Origin: a bacterium
Lineage (GTDB): Bacteria; Patescibacteriota; Dojkabacteria; SC72
DNA length: 64,000 bases
NCBI GenBank assembly: GCA_021463465.1
Contig: JAJTYH010000003.1
Span: 147,549 to 211,548, forward strand
Direction of reading: 5' to 3'
The translations under genes were made by a program, and so were the position numbers. The notes under the pieces were generated by a model. It saw only the letters and a program-made list of their open reading frames with translations, did not search any database and was not told the origin of the DNA. Within the stretch, counting starts at the first letter, position 1, and the number at the start of each line of letters is the position of its first letter. Positions 48,649 to 57,321 of the stretch are shown piece by piece.

Positions 48649-51600
48649 ATGTTTAAAGTACAAGTTGGATGGGAAAACGTCAGAATTGTAGGGAGGTACT
48701 TTTTAGCCTTGCTATTACTCATTTCAATTGGTCTTATTGGTTACAAGGCGTATTATATGCTAACCAATGTCCCAAAAGAAGTTAGAGTTACGAATTTGAC
48801 AGGTACTTCTGCTACTGTTTCCTGGTATACAGACAAACCCGATAAGGGGATGGTACTTGTCAAAGAGAAAGACTCTTTTATCCCTTTGCTAAAGAAGTTC
48901 GGAGCTGTAATCGGTTATGATGACAGAGATTTGGCTTTCGCTAGAGCTTCCTTGGCGGATGAGATTACTAGGAAAGCTGCAGAGGGTTTGGATTCTAATG
49001 ATGATGCAACACTTCCCGATGGTTTCCTTGAATCGGTAAAGGTAACCAAAAAGGGTAAATACTATGTACATCATGTAACCGTGTCAGGACTAAAAGAAGA
49101 TACGAACTATTCGTTCAGAGTTGGTAATGGCCTTATCTTTTGGAATTTAAATCAGAAGAGACAGGAAACGCAAGAGTTTGAGGTTAGAGCTGTTGATAAG
49201 TTCTCTTTTAAAACGTTGCTAGAGCTAGAAGAGGTACCCACCCCGAATCCTGCTTATGGGAAATTGTACTCCTTGGCGAGGGATAAAGATGGCTACTTGA
49301 TGTCAAATCCTTCCACAGATGCAATACTGTTTTCGCTTGCAATTAAAAAAAACTCAGACGAGACGTCACTACCACTCTCAAGCGTTACAAATAAAGATGG
49401 TGGATGGTTAATTGAGAAGACTGCTTTCAGAGATAGTAGTGGCAACGTTTTAGAGGGTATGAAAGACGGCGAGGATACGTTACGCATAGTGGGGCAGTTT
49501 GAGAACCTCTCTCCAAGTGAAGCGAAGGATTTAACATGGGGAGTAAATGACTCTCCTGCAGATGCAATTTATGGAAATAGCGATGAAGAAGCTAAAGTTA
49601 GAGGTAGCTTATTGGATAAAGTTAAATTTAGCTTAAGTGATTCGTTTAAAAGCCGTACTAATAACCTAACCCTGAACGCTTTTAAGGTAAATGCAGGAGT
49701 TGATAAGCCAAGTGATTGTGATCCCAATAAAGAAGTGTGGAATTCAACGAAAAAAAGGTGTGACCCTAAATCGGCTGTGACTGGGGGCACTGATTCTAAT
49801 GGTTGTGATTTGGATTCTGAGTATTGGAACGAAGAGAAAGAAACATGTTTAGCTAAACCTGTAACTCCACCAATAGTAGTTCCACCCGTTGGTGGCATTG
49901 ATAAGCCAAGTGATTGTGATCCCAAAGAAGAAGTATGGAATAAAAATAAAAAAGTGTGCGACCCTATTGAAGATGATTCAGGGTCTACCCCACCAGCAGT
50001 TACGCCCCCGACAGTGAACCCTCAAAATGCGGATGGACCAGAAGATTGCGCTGCTATTGCTGGATCAGAATGGAATGCTCAGCAACAAGCTTGTATTAAA
50101 ACAGACAAAAAGGATAAGTATGATAAATGTACTGGCAGATTCGCCAGGACTTGTGATGAGGAACCTCTTGGGGGTAATTCAACAAACTGTTATTGTTCAA
50201 TTGGTGGAGGAGAATACCTCCCTCTTCGAGGTGTTGATTGTAGACCAGCCGCTTGTGCAAATAAAAGGAATAATGATGTGGTATGCTCTGATGGTAAATG
50301 TGAATCAAGGGTTAAAATTGACGCAAAAGGAAACGAAGTCCTGTGTGGTAGTGATTATACAACCCCTGGTTGTGGTTTTCCTGGAGATGGGAAGTGTCCT
50401 GAAGCTACGCCATATTACAATAGCGCGACAAATGCTTGCCAAACTAGCGCTCCTTCTTCTCAGCCTGAGATAACGGTAGGGGGCGAGCCTTCGGATTTGA
50501 TTCTTTGTGTATACAAAATTAATGGTAGTAGTGTAAAAGCTAGGAAAACTAAAGCTGAATGTGATGCTTTGAATGGGAGTAATGGTAGTGGTACTGTTCG
50601 ATGTGGTTTCGGTCAAAGACCTGATGGTAAAGGTGGATGTGAATGTCACCCTGCCTTCGTAGGAAATGCAAATAGTCCTGGAGGTTGTCAGATGCCTGGT
50701 AGAACTGATCAAGAGCTTAAAGATAAGAGATGTGTAGATATGGAAGGTAGGGCGCTATCGTGCGGTAGTGTAAGATATTTTGATGAACAAACTGGCCGTT
50801 ACGAAACTGTGAATTGTGGGAAGAATGGAAGTGTATCTTGTAATAGTTCGAATGAAGAGTGTATTCAAACGTTTAGGGAAAGTGCTCAGGCAGTTGCAGG
50901 TGTGTGTTCTCCCAAAGGTATTGCTGTAGGTATTTTATCGAATTACGATGGGAATAATAAAGGTCTGGTGGAGTTTGGAAATGACTGTTATCTTAAAATT
51001 GATTCAAAAGGTCAAGTCATTGATAGAACAGTTCTCACCACTCATTATAATATTGAATATCAACGGAAGATTGAACAATCAAAAGATTGGGTACAAGTAC
51101 CAATGAAATACTGTACTTCAGGACCAGTAAAGGAAGACTATCCTGGTGATATCGGAAGTAGCCTCAATAATGATGGGAAAAACAACTTTACATTACTAGG
51201 TGAGGTTAGTGCTGCTGACGAAATTGCAGTAACAAATAATACAAATTACATGATTGTTTTCCCTGAAAGTGGTAAATACAACGTTAATATAGGTGGAAGT
51301 AAATTTGAAAACATAACTGTAAATGCTGACAATGATTACTTCTTCTTTGATGACCGTAATGGAGTGAAAGGGTATCAAAGTCCTTCTGATTTGAACAATC
51401 CAAAACCAAATGAAGACTTAATGCTCTCTGTGCTAGGTGCTAAGGTTACCTTAAGTACAACTACAAAAAATCAGTCTCTGAAACTAAGTAAAGGAATGAA
51501 TATGATTTCATTTAACTACCTACCGTCTTCAAGTGAGAAAGAGTCTTTGAAGGCTTCTGAGTTTTTAGATATATCTAATAGCTCAGGACTTAAAGTTAGC

Positions 51601-52101
51601 AAGATAACATATTTTGAAGGTGGAAAATGGGTTGGCGGTATGTCAGCTATTTCTGGGGATAAAAAAGTTAAGGCTGGAAACGATTTTGCTCTAGTCCCCG
51701 GCAAAGGCTACTTGATTATTTCTTTGAAGGATACAACCGTCCAAGTTCCTGGATTTAGTATTAAAAACTCTGTACCAGTAGCACTTTCTTCTGGTTGGAA
51801 TTTAATAGGTATAAACGGATATCAAAAAACCTTCACCGCTAACTCTTTAATTGATTCAGTAAATGGTCTGTCGGGGCTAAAAGCTGATAACGTAACTTGG
51901 TGGCCTACATCTAAAGGTCGTTACGAATCTTTCCAGAAATCTGAAGGGGTTGAATATGGTTTCGATTTCCCAATTCTTAAAAATATGGGATACTTTGTTA
52001 GGTTGAGTGACTTTGAGCCGAAGGATTCATCTGCCAAGTCTGTTCTCTGGAATCCAGGAAGTTCGTCGCACGGCAAAGCTGGTTCGACCAAGGCCAATTA
52101 A
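48649..52101 (+). CDS. Giant (1150 aa) Cys-rich surface protein: N-terminal TM anchor, FN3-like domain, repeated CDP-containing modules, C-terminal beta-rich region
   Basis: TM 'YFLALLLLISIGLIGY'. FN3-like 'VRVTNLTGTSATVSWYTDKP...YYVHHVTVSGLKEDTNYSFRVG'. Two copies of 'IDKPSDCDPxxEVWNxxKKxCDP'. About 50 Cys residues in total. Confidence 0.55.
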   Translation: MFKVQVGWENVRIVGRYFLALLLLISIGLIGYKAYYMLTNVPKEVRVTNLTGTSATVSWYTDKPDKGMVLVKEKDSFIPLLKKFGAVIGYDDRDLAFARASLADEITRKAAEGLDSNDDATLPDGFLESVKVTKKGKYYVHHVTVSGLKEDTNYSFRVGNGLIFWNLNQKRQETQEFEVRAVDKFSFKTLLELEEVPTPNPAYGKLYSLARDKDGYLMSNPSTDAILFSLAIKKNSDETSLPLSSVTNKDGGWLIEKTAFRDSSGNVLEGMKDGEDTLRIVGQFENLSPSEAKDLTWGVNDSPADAIYGNSDEEAKVRGSLLDKVKFSLSDSFKSRTNNLTLNAFKVNAGVDKPSDCDPNKEVWNSTKKRCDPKSAVTGGTDSNGCDLDSEYWNEEKETCLAKPVTPPIVVPPVGGIDKPSDCDPKEEVWNKNKKVCDPIEDDSGSTPPAVTPPTVNPQNADGPEDCAAIAGSEWNAQQQACIKTDKKDKYDKCTGRFARTCDEEPLGGNSTNCYCSIGGGEYLPLRGVDCRPAACANKRNNDVVCSDGKCESRVKIDAKGNEVLCGSDYTTPGCGFPGDGKCPEATPYYNSATNACQTSAPSSQPEITVGGEPSDLILCVYKINGSSVKARKTKAECDALNGSNGSGTVRCGFGQRPDGKGGCECHPAFVGNANSPGGCQMPGRTDQELKDKRCVDMEGRALSCGSVRYFDEQTGRYETVNCGKNGSVSCNSSNEECIQTFRESAQAVAGVCSPKGIAVGILSNYDGNNKGLVEFGNDCYLKIDSKGQVIDRTVLTTHYNIEYQRKIEQSKDWVQVPMKYCTSGPVKEDYPGDIGSSLNNDGKNNFTLLGEVSAADEIAVTNNTNYMIVFPESGKYNVNIGGSKFENITVNADNDYFFFDDRNGVKGYQSPSDLNNPKPNEDLMLSVLGAKVTLSTTTKNQSLKLSKGMNMISFNYLPSSSEKESLKASEFLDISNSSGLKVSKITYFEGGKWVGGMSAISGDKKVKAGNDFALVPGKGYLIISLKDTTVQVPGFSIKNSVPVALSSGWNLIGINGYQKTFTANSLIDSVNGLSGLKADNVTWWPTSKGRYESFQKSEGVEYGFDFPILKNMGYFVRLSDFEPKDSSAKSVLWNPGSSSHGKAGSTKAN
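49691..49958 (+). repeat. Intragenic direct repeat, two copies of about 70 nt spaced 198 nt apart. The 27-nt core TTGATAAGCCAAGTGATTGTGATCCCA is identical at 49700-49726 and 49898-49924.
   Basis: Read directly from the sequence. The repeat encodes the duplicated 'DKPSDCDP' module. Confidence 0.6.
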
Positions 52102-52117
52102 TTTGAGGTAAAAAAAT

Positions 52118-52420
52118 ATGAGTGAAATACCAACATGGTACTGGATGACAATAATCGGTTTCTTAAGCGTGCTTTTGGGCATGATTTTGTACTACGTAGC
52201 AATGCTGGTTAAAGAGACAACTGCTACAATGTCTGAAGTGAGAGCAACTCTAGTTGATTCCAGAAAACTTGTTCAAAATGCCAATCAAATCGTGGAGGAT
52301 GTTCAAGAAACTGTGAGTAATGTTAAACACACGATTAATCAAGTGAATGAAGCTGTCCTCGAACCTGTCAAACAGGTGGGTGATACAGTCCGCTCACTTC
52401 TTGGTATGTTCAAAGGTTGA
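52118..52420 (+). CDS. Small membrane protein, DUF948-like (TM followed by a coiled-coil)
   Basis: 'WYWMTIIGFLSVLLGMILYYVAMLV', then a heptad-like polar region. This architecture resembles the DUF948/YtxG family. Confidence 0.35.
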   Translation: MSEIPTWYWMTIIGFLSVLLGMILYYVAMLVKETTATMSEVRATLVDSRKLVQNANQIVEDVQETVSNVKHTINQVNEAVLEPVKQVGDTVRSLLGMFKG

Positions 52421-52424
52421 AGCT

Positions 52425-52562
52425 CTATTTAAGCTGATTTCCGAAGTAGATTAGTAGTATGGATATTGCTGTTGCTGCGATAAGGATTGCAAGTGGTTCT
52501 AGGTAGTATCTCATCCGAACTGGAACATTAAACACTAATTCTTTTTCAGCTGGTTTTTCCAT
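52425..52562 (-). CDS. Possible unannotated 45-aa single-TM protein (MEKPAEKELVFNVPVRMRYYLEPLAILIAATAISILLIYFGNQLK)
   Basis: An ORF found by hand in the 196-nt gap. 'AGGAT' lies 8 nt upstream of the ATG. It is below the size cutoff of the ORF track. Confidence 0.2.
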   Translation of the reverse strand: MEKPAEKELVFNVPVRMRYYLEPLAILIAATAISILLIYFGNQLK

Positions 52563-52616
52563 CTTAATATCCTACAAATGTTTGTATAACTAATCAAGAT
52601 TAGTTATATTATTACC

Positions 52617-54455
52617 ATGTATGTGACTCCCCGACAAAGAAGAAGATACTTCTGGACCAGTATAATTTTGATACTTGGGTTACCTATAACTGCATTTGCA
52701 ACTGTAATGGCAATAAGGTACTTCACAGGAGCCTCAGGGAGCGATACACCACAAAACGTAGTAATTTCCAATCTTACTTCAAATTCAGTTTCCATCTCAT
52801 GGAGTACAGACTCAAAAGCTACAGGGGCGATAACAACGAATGCTGGAAAAGGAGATAGCACCCCCTTTGTTGATATTAGAGGCACGGATCGCCGCAAAAC
52901 TCATCATGTTGATATTGTAGACTTAGATCCATCAAAAGATTATAACTTCGTTATTCTTTCAAATAATCAAAGATACTCAGATGAAGAGGGTAAAACCTTT
53001 AAATTTCGCACTTCTCCCGTGACATCTCAAACCCCTGTTCCTTCACCTGTATATGGATTGATAGAAGGGGATAACAAGGAGGATGTATTAGTTTATGTAA
53101 CCCTGAATGGAAGGTCTAGTGTATATCCTGCTTCATCTGCAGCTACTGGCTCTGGAAAGTGGATTATTGATTTATCAGCGCTCCGTGACCCAAGCTCAAA
53201 TGAACTTATCAAGGTTGATGACAATACTGAAATCACTGTTACGGCAAAGGGAACCGATACTTTAGGGGGAACACTTTCAGGTACATATGGTGAGCTTGTT
53301 GATGACGAGGGGCAAATGTTTACCCCTCTACAATTAAGTGATGTGCCTCTTGATTCGCTTTTTGCTGCAATTCCAAGGTCGGCTCAGATTGCGTTGGTAG
53401 CCCAGTCTTCTAACCCTCCGCCTAAAGATAATCCTCCTGCCAACGAAGAACCTGAAGAAGAGGAGCCCGAGGAGGAAGAGCAACTTCCAGGGGGAGAGAT
53501 AGCATGGGGTGTTATCCCAGGTACCAATACTTCAAGTGGTGGTAGCAGTGCAGTTACTGGTGCTGATTCGGTACAAATAACTAATATAACTGATTCTGGA
53601 TTTACCGTTGTATGGTTAAGTGGAACTGCTTCTGAGGGTTCCGTAAATTACGGGACAACAGTGTCTGATCTTGGAGAGAATGCTCTTGATGAAAGAGATA
53701 GTGCTGTTAGTAAAGGTGCATACACAGCGCATAGTGTGAAGCTGTTAAGACTTTCACCTGAAACTAAATATTTCTTTGAGATAAAGGATGGGAACTCAAT
53801 TATTAATGATGGAGGAAAAGCCTTCACAGCAACAACTTTTAAAACCTTGGAAACCCCCCCTGAATTCAAAACGGTTGCGGGCAAGTTTACGGGTCCATCT
53901 GATCCTTCAGATGCGGTGGTTGTTGTCGGGGTAAGCGATGAAGATGATTCAGGAAGTAGTGGAAGCTCTAGTTTGAGTTCAACAATTCCTGATGATGGCG
54001 GTAGTTGGGTCATCACCTTGGGAGATTTGCGAGACAGCTCAGGCGCAGAGTACTTCACTTTCAGTGATGATGATACTGTTGAAGCTAATGTTCTTTCAAT
54101 TTCTAGAGGAGAAACAGAAAGCGCGAAAGTCAAGGATGTTATAGATGCTGGAATTAATTTGACTGCTTCCGCAGGAGCAAAGCGTCGGATAGTTAAAGTG
54201 TCAGCTTTGGCTAGTTACGGTATTACTATTGGCAACTTAGCTTCTGTAAACTTGGGTGCAGGTGGAGGTGGGGGAAGTAGTGAGTTAAATGTTACTGGAT
54301 CAACTACCCCCGAAACAGCCTTATCTACGCCTTTAATAGTTACACTTGTAATTGGAATGATTACCTTTTTAGTTGGAGTTTTTACATATATCAAGTCACA
54401 AGCTCGGTATAGGGTAAAAGAGAGTAAAAGTCATATGGTTTCTAGTGTTATTTAG
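52617..54455 (+). CDS. Surface protein (612 aa): N-terminal TM, FN3/PAP-N-like domain, acidic linker, C-terminal TPETAL-TM-basic tail
   Basis: 'VVISNLTSNSVSISWSTDSKATG...HHVDIVDLDPSKDYNFVI'. Linker 'PANEEPEEEEPEEEEQLPG'. C-terminus 'TTPETALSTPLIVTLVIGMITFLVGVFTYIKSQARYRVKESK'. Confidence 0.5.
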   Translation: MYVTPRQRRRYFWTSIILILGLPITAFATVMAIRYFTGASGSDTPQNVVISNLTSNSVSISWSTDSKATGAITTNAGKGDSTPFVDIRGTDRRKTHHVDIVDLDPSKDYNFVILSNNQRYSDEEGKTFKFRTSPVTSQTPVPSPVYGLIEGDNKEDVLVYVTLNGRSSVYPASSAATGSGKWIIDLSALRDPSSNELIKVDDNTEITVTAKGTDTLGGTLSGTYGELVDDEGQMFTPLQLSDVPLDSLFAAIPRSAQIALVAQSSNPPPKDNPPANEEPEEEEPEEEEQLPGGEIAWGVIPGTNTSSGGSSAVTGADSVQITNITDSGFTVVWLSGTASEGSVNYGTTVSDLGENALDERDSAVSKGAYTAHSVKLLRLSPETKYFFEIKDGNSIINDGGKAFTATTFKTLETPPEFKTVAGKFTGPSDPSDAVVVVGVSDEDDSGSSGSSSLSSTIPDDGGSWVITLGDLRDSSGAEYFTFSDDDTVEANVLSISRGETESAKVKDVIDAGINLTASAGAKRRIVKVSALASYGITIGNLASVNLGAGGGGGSSELNVTGSTTPETALSTPLIVTLVIGMITFLVGVFTYIKSQARYRVKESKSHMVSSVI

Positions 54456-54479
54456 TAGTATTTTGTTGTACAATCCAAA

Positions 54480-55847
54480 ATGAATATGGATCGTAATGAC
54501 AAATACAAGCGCTATTCAGGATTGATGCTGTTTTTATTGCTTATTGTCGGAATTTCATCCGCTATAATTGTTCCGCATTTTAACTTTGTTTCTAAGGCTC
54601 AGGGATTGTCGCAGGATTTAGCTCAAACTCCTCCGGTTACATCTGTTGAAAGCATTGAGACAGGAGAGGTGCAAGCGGCAACAACTGAAGAACAAAAAGC
54701 AAGTAAAGGGTTTGGTAAATGTATGAATGGGAGTGTATGTGATTATGTTCAAGAATTAACTTATCAACCTGTCTGTTCAATTAACGATGCAGGTGGAAGT
54801 ATGACTGGTGGAGATGCTAATGAAGGTAAGAAGTTTGTCTCAGTAAGAATGAATGCTAAGGTCGAGCCTTTTATAATAACGGTTCCTCAGGTACTACTGC
54901 AAGGGAGTAAATATGTAGAAGATGATCGTAAATTAATAAGTAAAGATTATCCTGTATATCGCGACTCACAGCACGTAATTCTCGATGATGAAGCTAGGAG
55001 AACATGTGCACCAGGTGTTGATTGCGCGGATTATGATGAGCTTTCAAAGCGTCCTGATGTACCTTTTTCGCTTCACGCTTTTATGGAGGTTAAGAATGCT
55101 GATGAAGGGGGATTTGGAGGTGATGGGAAAGCAGTAATTTACTCTTTAGATTCATTGAGATCTGCTTGTCCGAAAGTCCAAAAGGCAAAGGCCAACCCTA
55201 AAAAAGCAGGCTTTTATGCTGCTAAATTGGATGTTAAGCATCAGGCACCAGGGGTGCATGAAACCTGGAGAGATTTTGGAGGAGTGGAATGTTACAGAAC
55301 TAACCCAAATGGAATGCATTTACAGGAAGCAAAGAACTTTGTGAGCTGCGTTACAGAGGTTAAGCCGACAGATTTTGTTGTCAGCGCTGTATATAATATT
55401 GCCCAGTGGCTTGAGTGCTTAGATGGTGGGGCGGAATGCGAAGAGTATAGAGTTTTTGCAATTAGGTTAGACGCAATGTTTGGAGGCGTATTTAAATGCG
55501 CTGGTGTTGATTGCGAGATTCGTTTCTTTGATTTTGAGAAACTAAAGACCACCGCACCTGGTGATGCTCAGGAGATGATTCCTGATTATATAGATAAGTC
55601 TTTAGTTAATCCGATTCGTCCAGTTACTGAGCCTTATTACCTTACAACTCCATGTAAAATTAGGATTAATAAATGGGGGATTCATAATGTACCTTGTCTT
55701 TGGGATATCTCTCCATATCAGAGGCATTATGAAGTACAAAGATCTGCGTTAATGCCTTTAGAGCCTACGATGCCATTGACATTTGATGACTATTGGAATA
55801 ATGGGGTTGCTCCAGAGCTTAAAAAAAGATCACTATCATGTGTATAA
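54480..55847 (+). CDS. Secreted or TM-anchored Cys-rich protein (455 aa)
   Basis: TM 'LMLFLLLIVGISSAIIV', then a domain with more than 20 Cys residues. Confidence 0.45.
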   Translation: MNMDRNDKYKRYSGLMLFLLLIVGISSAIIVPHFNFVSKAQGLSQDLAQTPPVTSVESIETGEVQAATTEEQKASKGFGKCMNGSVCDYVQELTYQPVCSINDAGGSMTGGDANEGKKFVSVRMNAKVEPFIITVPQVLLQGSKYVEDDRKLISKDYPVYRDSQHVILDDEARRTCAPGVDCADYDELSKRPDVPFSLHAFMEVKNADEGGFGGDGKAVIYSLDSLRSACPKVQKAKANPKKAGFYAAKLDVKHQAPGVHETWRDFGGVECYRTNPNGMHLQEAKNFVSCVTEVKPTDFVVSAVYNIAQWLECLDGGAECEEYRVFAIRLDAMFGGVFKCAGVDCEIRFFDFEKLKTTAPGDAQEMIPDYIDKSLVNPIRPVTEPYYLTTPCKIRINKWGIHNVPCLWDISPYQRHYEVQRSALMPLEPTMPLTFDDYWNNGVAPELKKRSLSCV

Positions 55848-55875
55848 TACATAACTTAAATTTTATTTAACCGGT

Positions 55876-57306
55876 ATGTTAGTAGAAATTGCAAAATTTA
55901 TTAAAAAGGTAAGTAGCGAGCGAAAATGGGTAAACTATTTAGCTGGAATCCTTACAGTATTCATGTTCTTTAGTGTAATGAATATCTATGCTCAAGAAGC
56001 GGGTGCAACTATTAAGCTCGACCCAGTGGAAGGGTATAGAGCTGAAACGGCACTTACTAAAAATGGTACAGGTGATACGTCGTATAACAGTCAGACAACT
56101 ACAATGAACGTTATATTAGGAGCTCTAAATGGAGCACTGCAGAATATGGCTCCACAGTTGCTTAGTAACTTTGCAGCAATAGAGTCTGATCCGGCTGTTC
56201 CTGCATATGCAAAGATGGGTGCATTAGGTTTAGCTGGCGAAGGGGTTAATGCAATGATGAATAACTATAACGGCGTAAACATAGTTAATTATATGGCAAG
56301 CGAATGGGTACCCGGGTATGATAAATCTACAAGTGTTTATGCCGCTACAGATGGTTATAGTTATTTAGATGAGAGCAATGTTGATGTGTTGTGGGATAGA
56401 ATAAGGCTCATCACTTACGTGCTTTTCGTTGTTGTTTTAATAGTTGCTGGCTTTATGATTATGTTTCGACAGAAAATCGGTGGGCAACTTGCTGTTAGTA
56501 TCTTTAATACTCTTCCAAATGTAATCGTTGCACTAATACTAGTTACCTTCAGTTTCGCTATTGTAGGGCTAATGCTTAATGTGGGCGTTATGATAATCAA
56601 CGTGATGACATCGGTATTAGGTGTTGCTGACCCACTCACCATTGAGAATCCATTTAGTCTGTTTGGAACTGCTATGAATGGAGAGCTGTTGGGTGGTGGG
56701 ACGACAGCTGCTTTAGTTATTGGGCCGGCAATAATTGCAGGGTTAATTGCTGCAGTTACAGCTACAGGTGGTGCGGCTCTTCCTGCGGTTGTTGCTGCGA
56801 CTGTAACCGTAATAGTAATTGCAGTTATTCTTACGGCAATAGTTATTTATGCTTCAATTCGTGTTTACATAACCCTATTGATTGCATATTTAGGGATTAT
56901 AATAAATACAGTTATGGCGCCTATATTTTTAGCCATCTCTGCCTTCCCTGGTCAAAGTGGTATGGCATCAGATTGGTTCAGAAGAGTTTTAAAAGCCGTT
57001 CTAACTTTTCCAATTGTCTATTTTTTCTTAAACCTTGGTATGTTTATAATCAATGGAGATATTAATCTTGGTTTCCCGTCAGGAATAATGAGTGGGGATT
57101 TCACCCAGGTTGACACTAATGGAAGCCCAGTTGGAGGATTTATAAAAGCAGTATTAGTATTGTTACTCTTTTTCTTTGCTGCTGATGCACCTAAGATTTT
57201 GGATGACTTCTTACCATCTAATGAAGGTAAGGGTGTTGGTAGTGCAATTGAAGGTGCGAAGAAAGGTCTGTCCAAGATTCCTGTTGTTGGTTCCCTATTG
57301 GGTTAA
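55876..57306 (+). CDS. Polytopic membrane protein, VirB6/TrbL-like: signal peptide, extracytoplasmic domain of about 150 aa, then 5-6 TM helices
   Basis: 'LAGILTVFMFFSVMNIYAQEAGA' signal. The later TM helices are rich in Gly/Ala/Ile/Val ('TAALVIGPAIIAGLIAAVTATGGAALPAVVAATVTVIVIAVILTAIVIYA'). Confidence 0.45.
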   Translation: MLVEIAKFIKKVSSERKWVNYLAGILTVFMFFSVMNIYAQEAGATIKLDPVEGYRAETALTKNGTGDTSYNSQTTTMNVILGALNGALQNMAPQLLSNFAAIESDPAVPAYAKMGALGLAGEGVNAMMNNYNGVNIVNYMASEWVPGYDKSTSVYAATDGYSYLDESNVDVLWDRIRLITYVLFVVVLIVAGFMIMFRQKIGGQLAVSIFNTLPNVIVALILVTFSFAIVGLMLNVGVMIINVMTSVLGVADPLTIENPFSLFGTAMNGELLGGGTTAALVIGPAIIAGLIAAVTATGGAALPAVVAATVTVIVIAVILTAIVIYASIRVYITLLIAYLGIIINTVMAPIFLAISAFPGQSGMASDWFRRVLKAVLTFPIVYFFLNLGMFIINGDINLGFPSGIMSGDFTQVDTNGSPVGGFIKAVLVLLLFFFAADAPKILDDFLPSNEGKGVGSAIEGAKKGLSKIPVVGSLLG

Positions 57307-57321
57307 TGGAGCAATAATTAA

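Noticed and set aside
50027-50712. ORFs 50027..50473 (+), 50096..50308 (-), 50305..50712 (-) and other internal ORFs in the 1150-aa gene
   Set aside because: They are out-of-frame or antisense shadows within a single long, Cys-rich reading frame.
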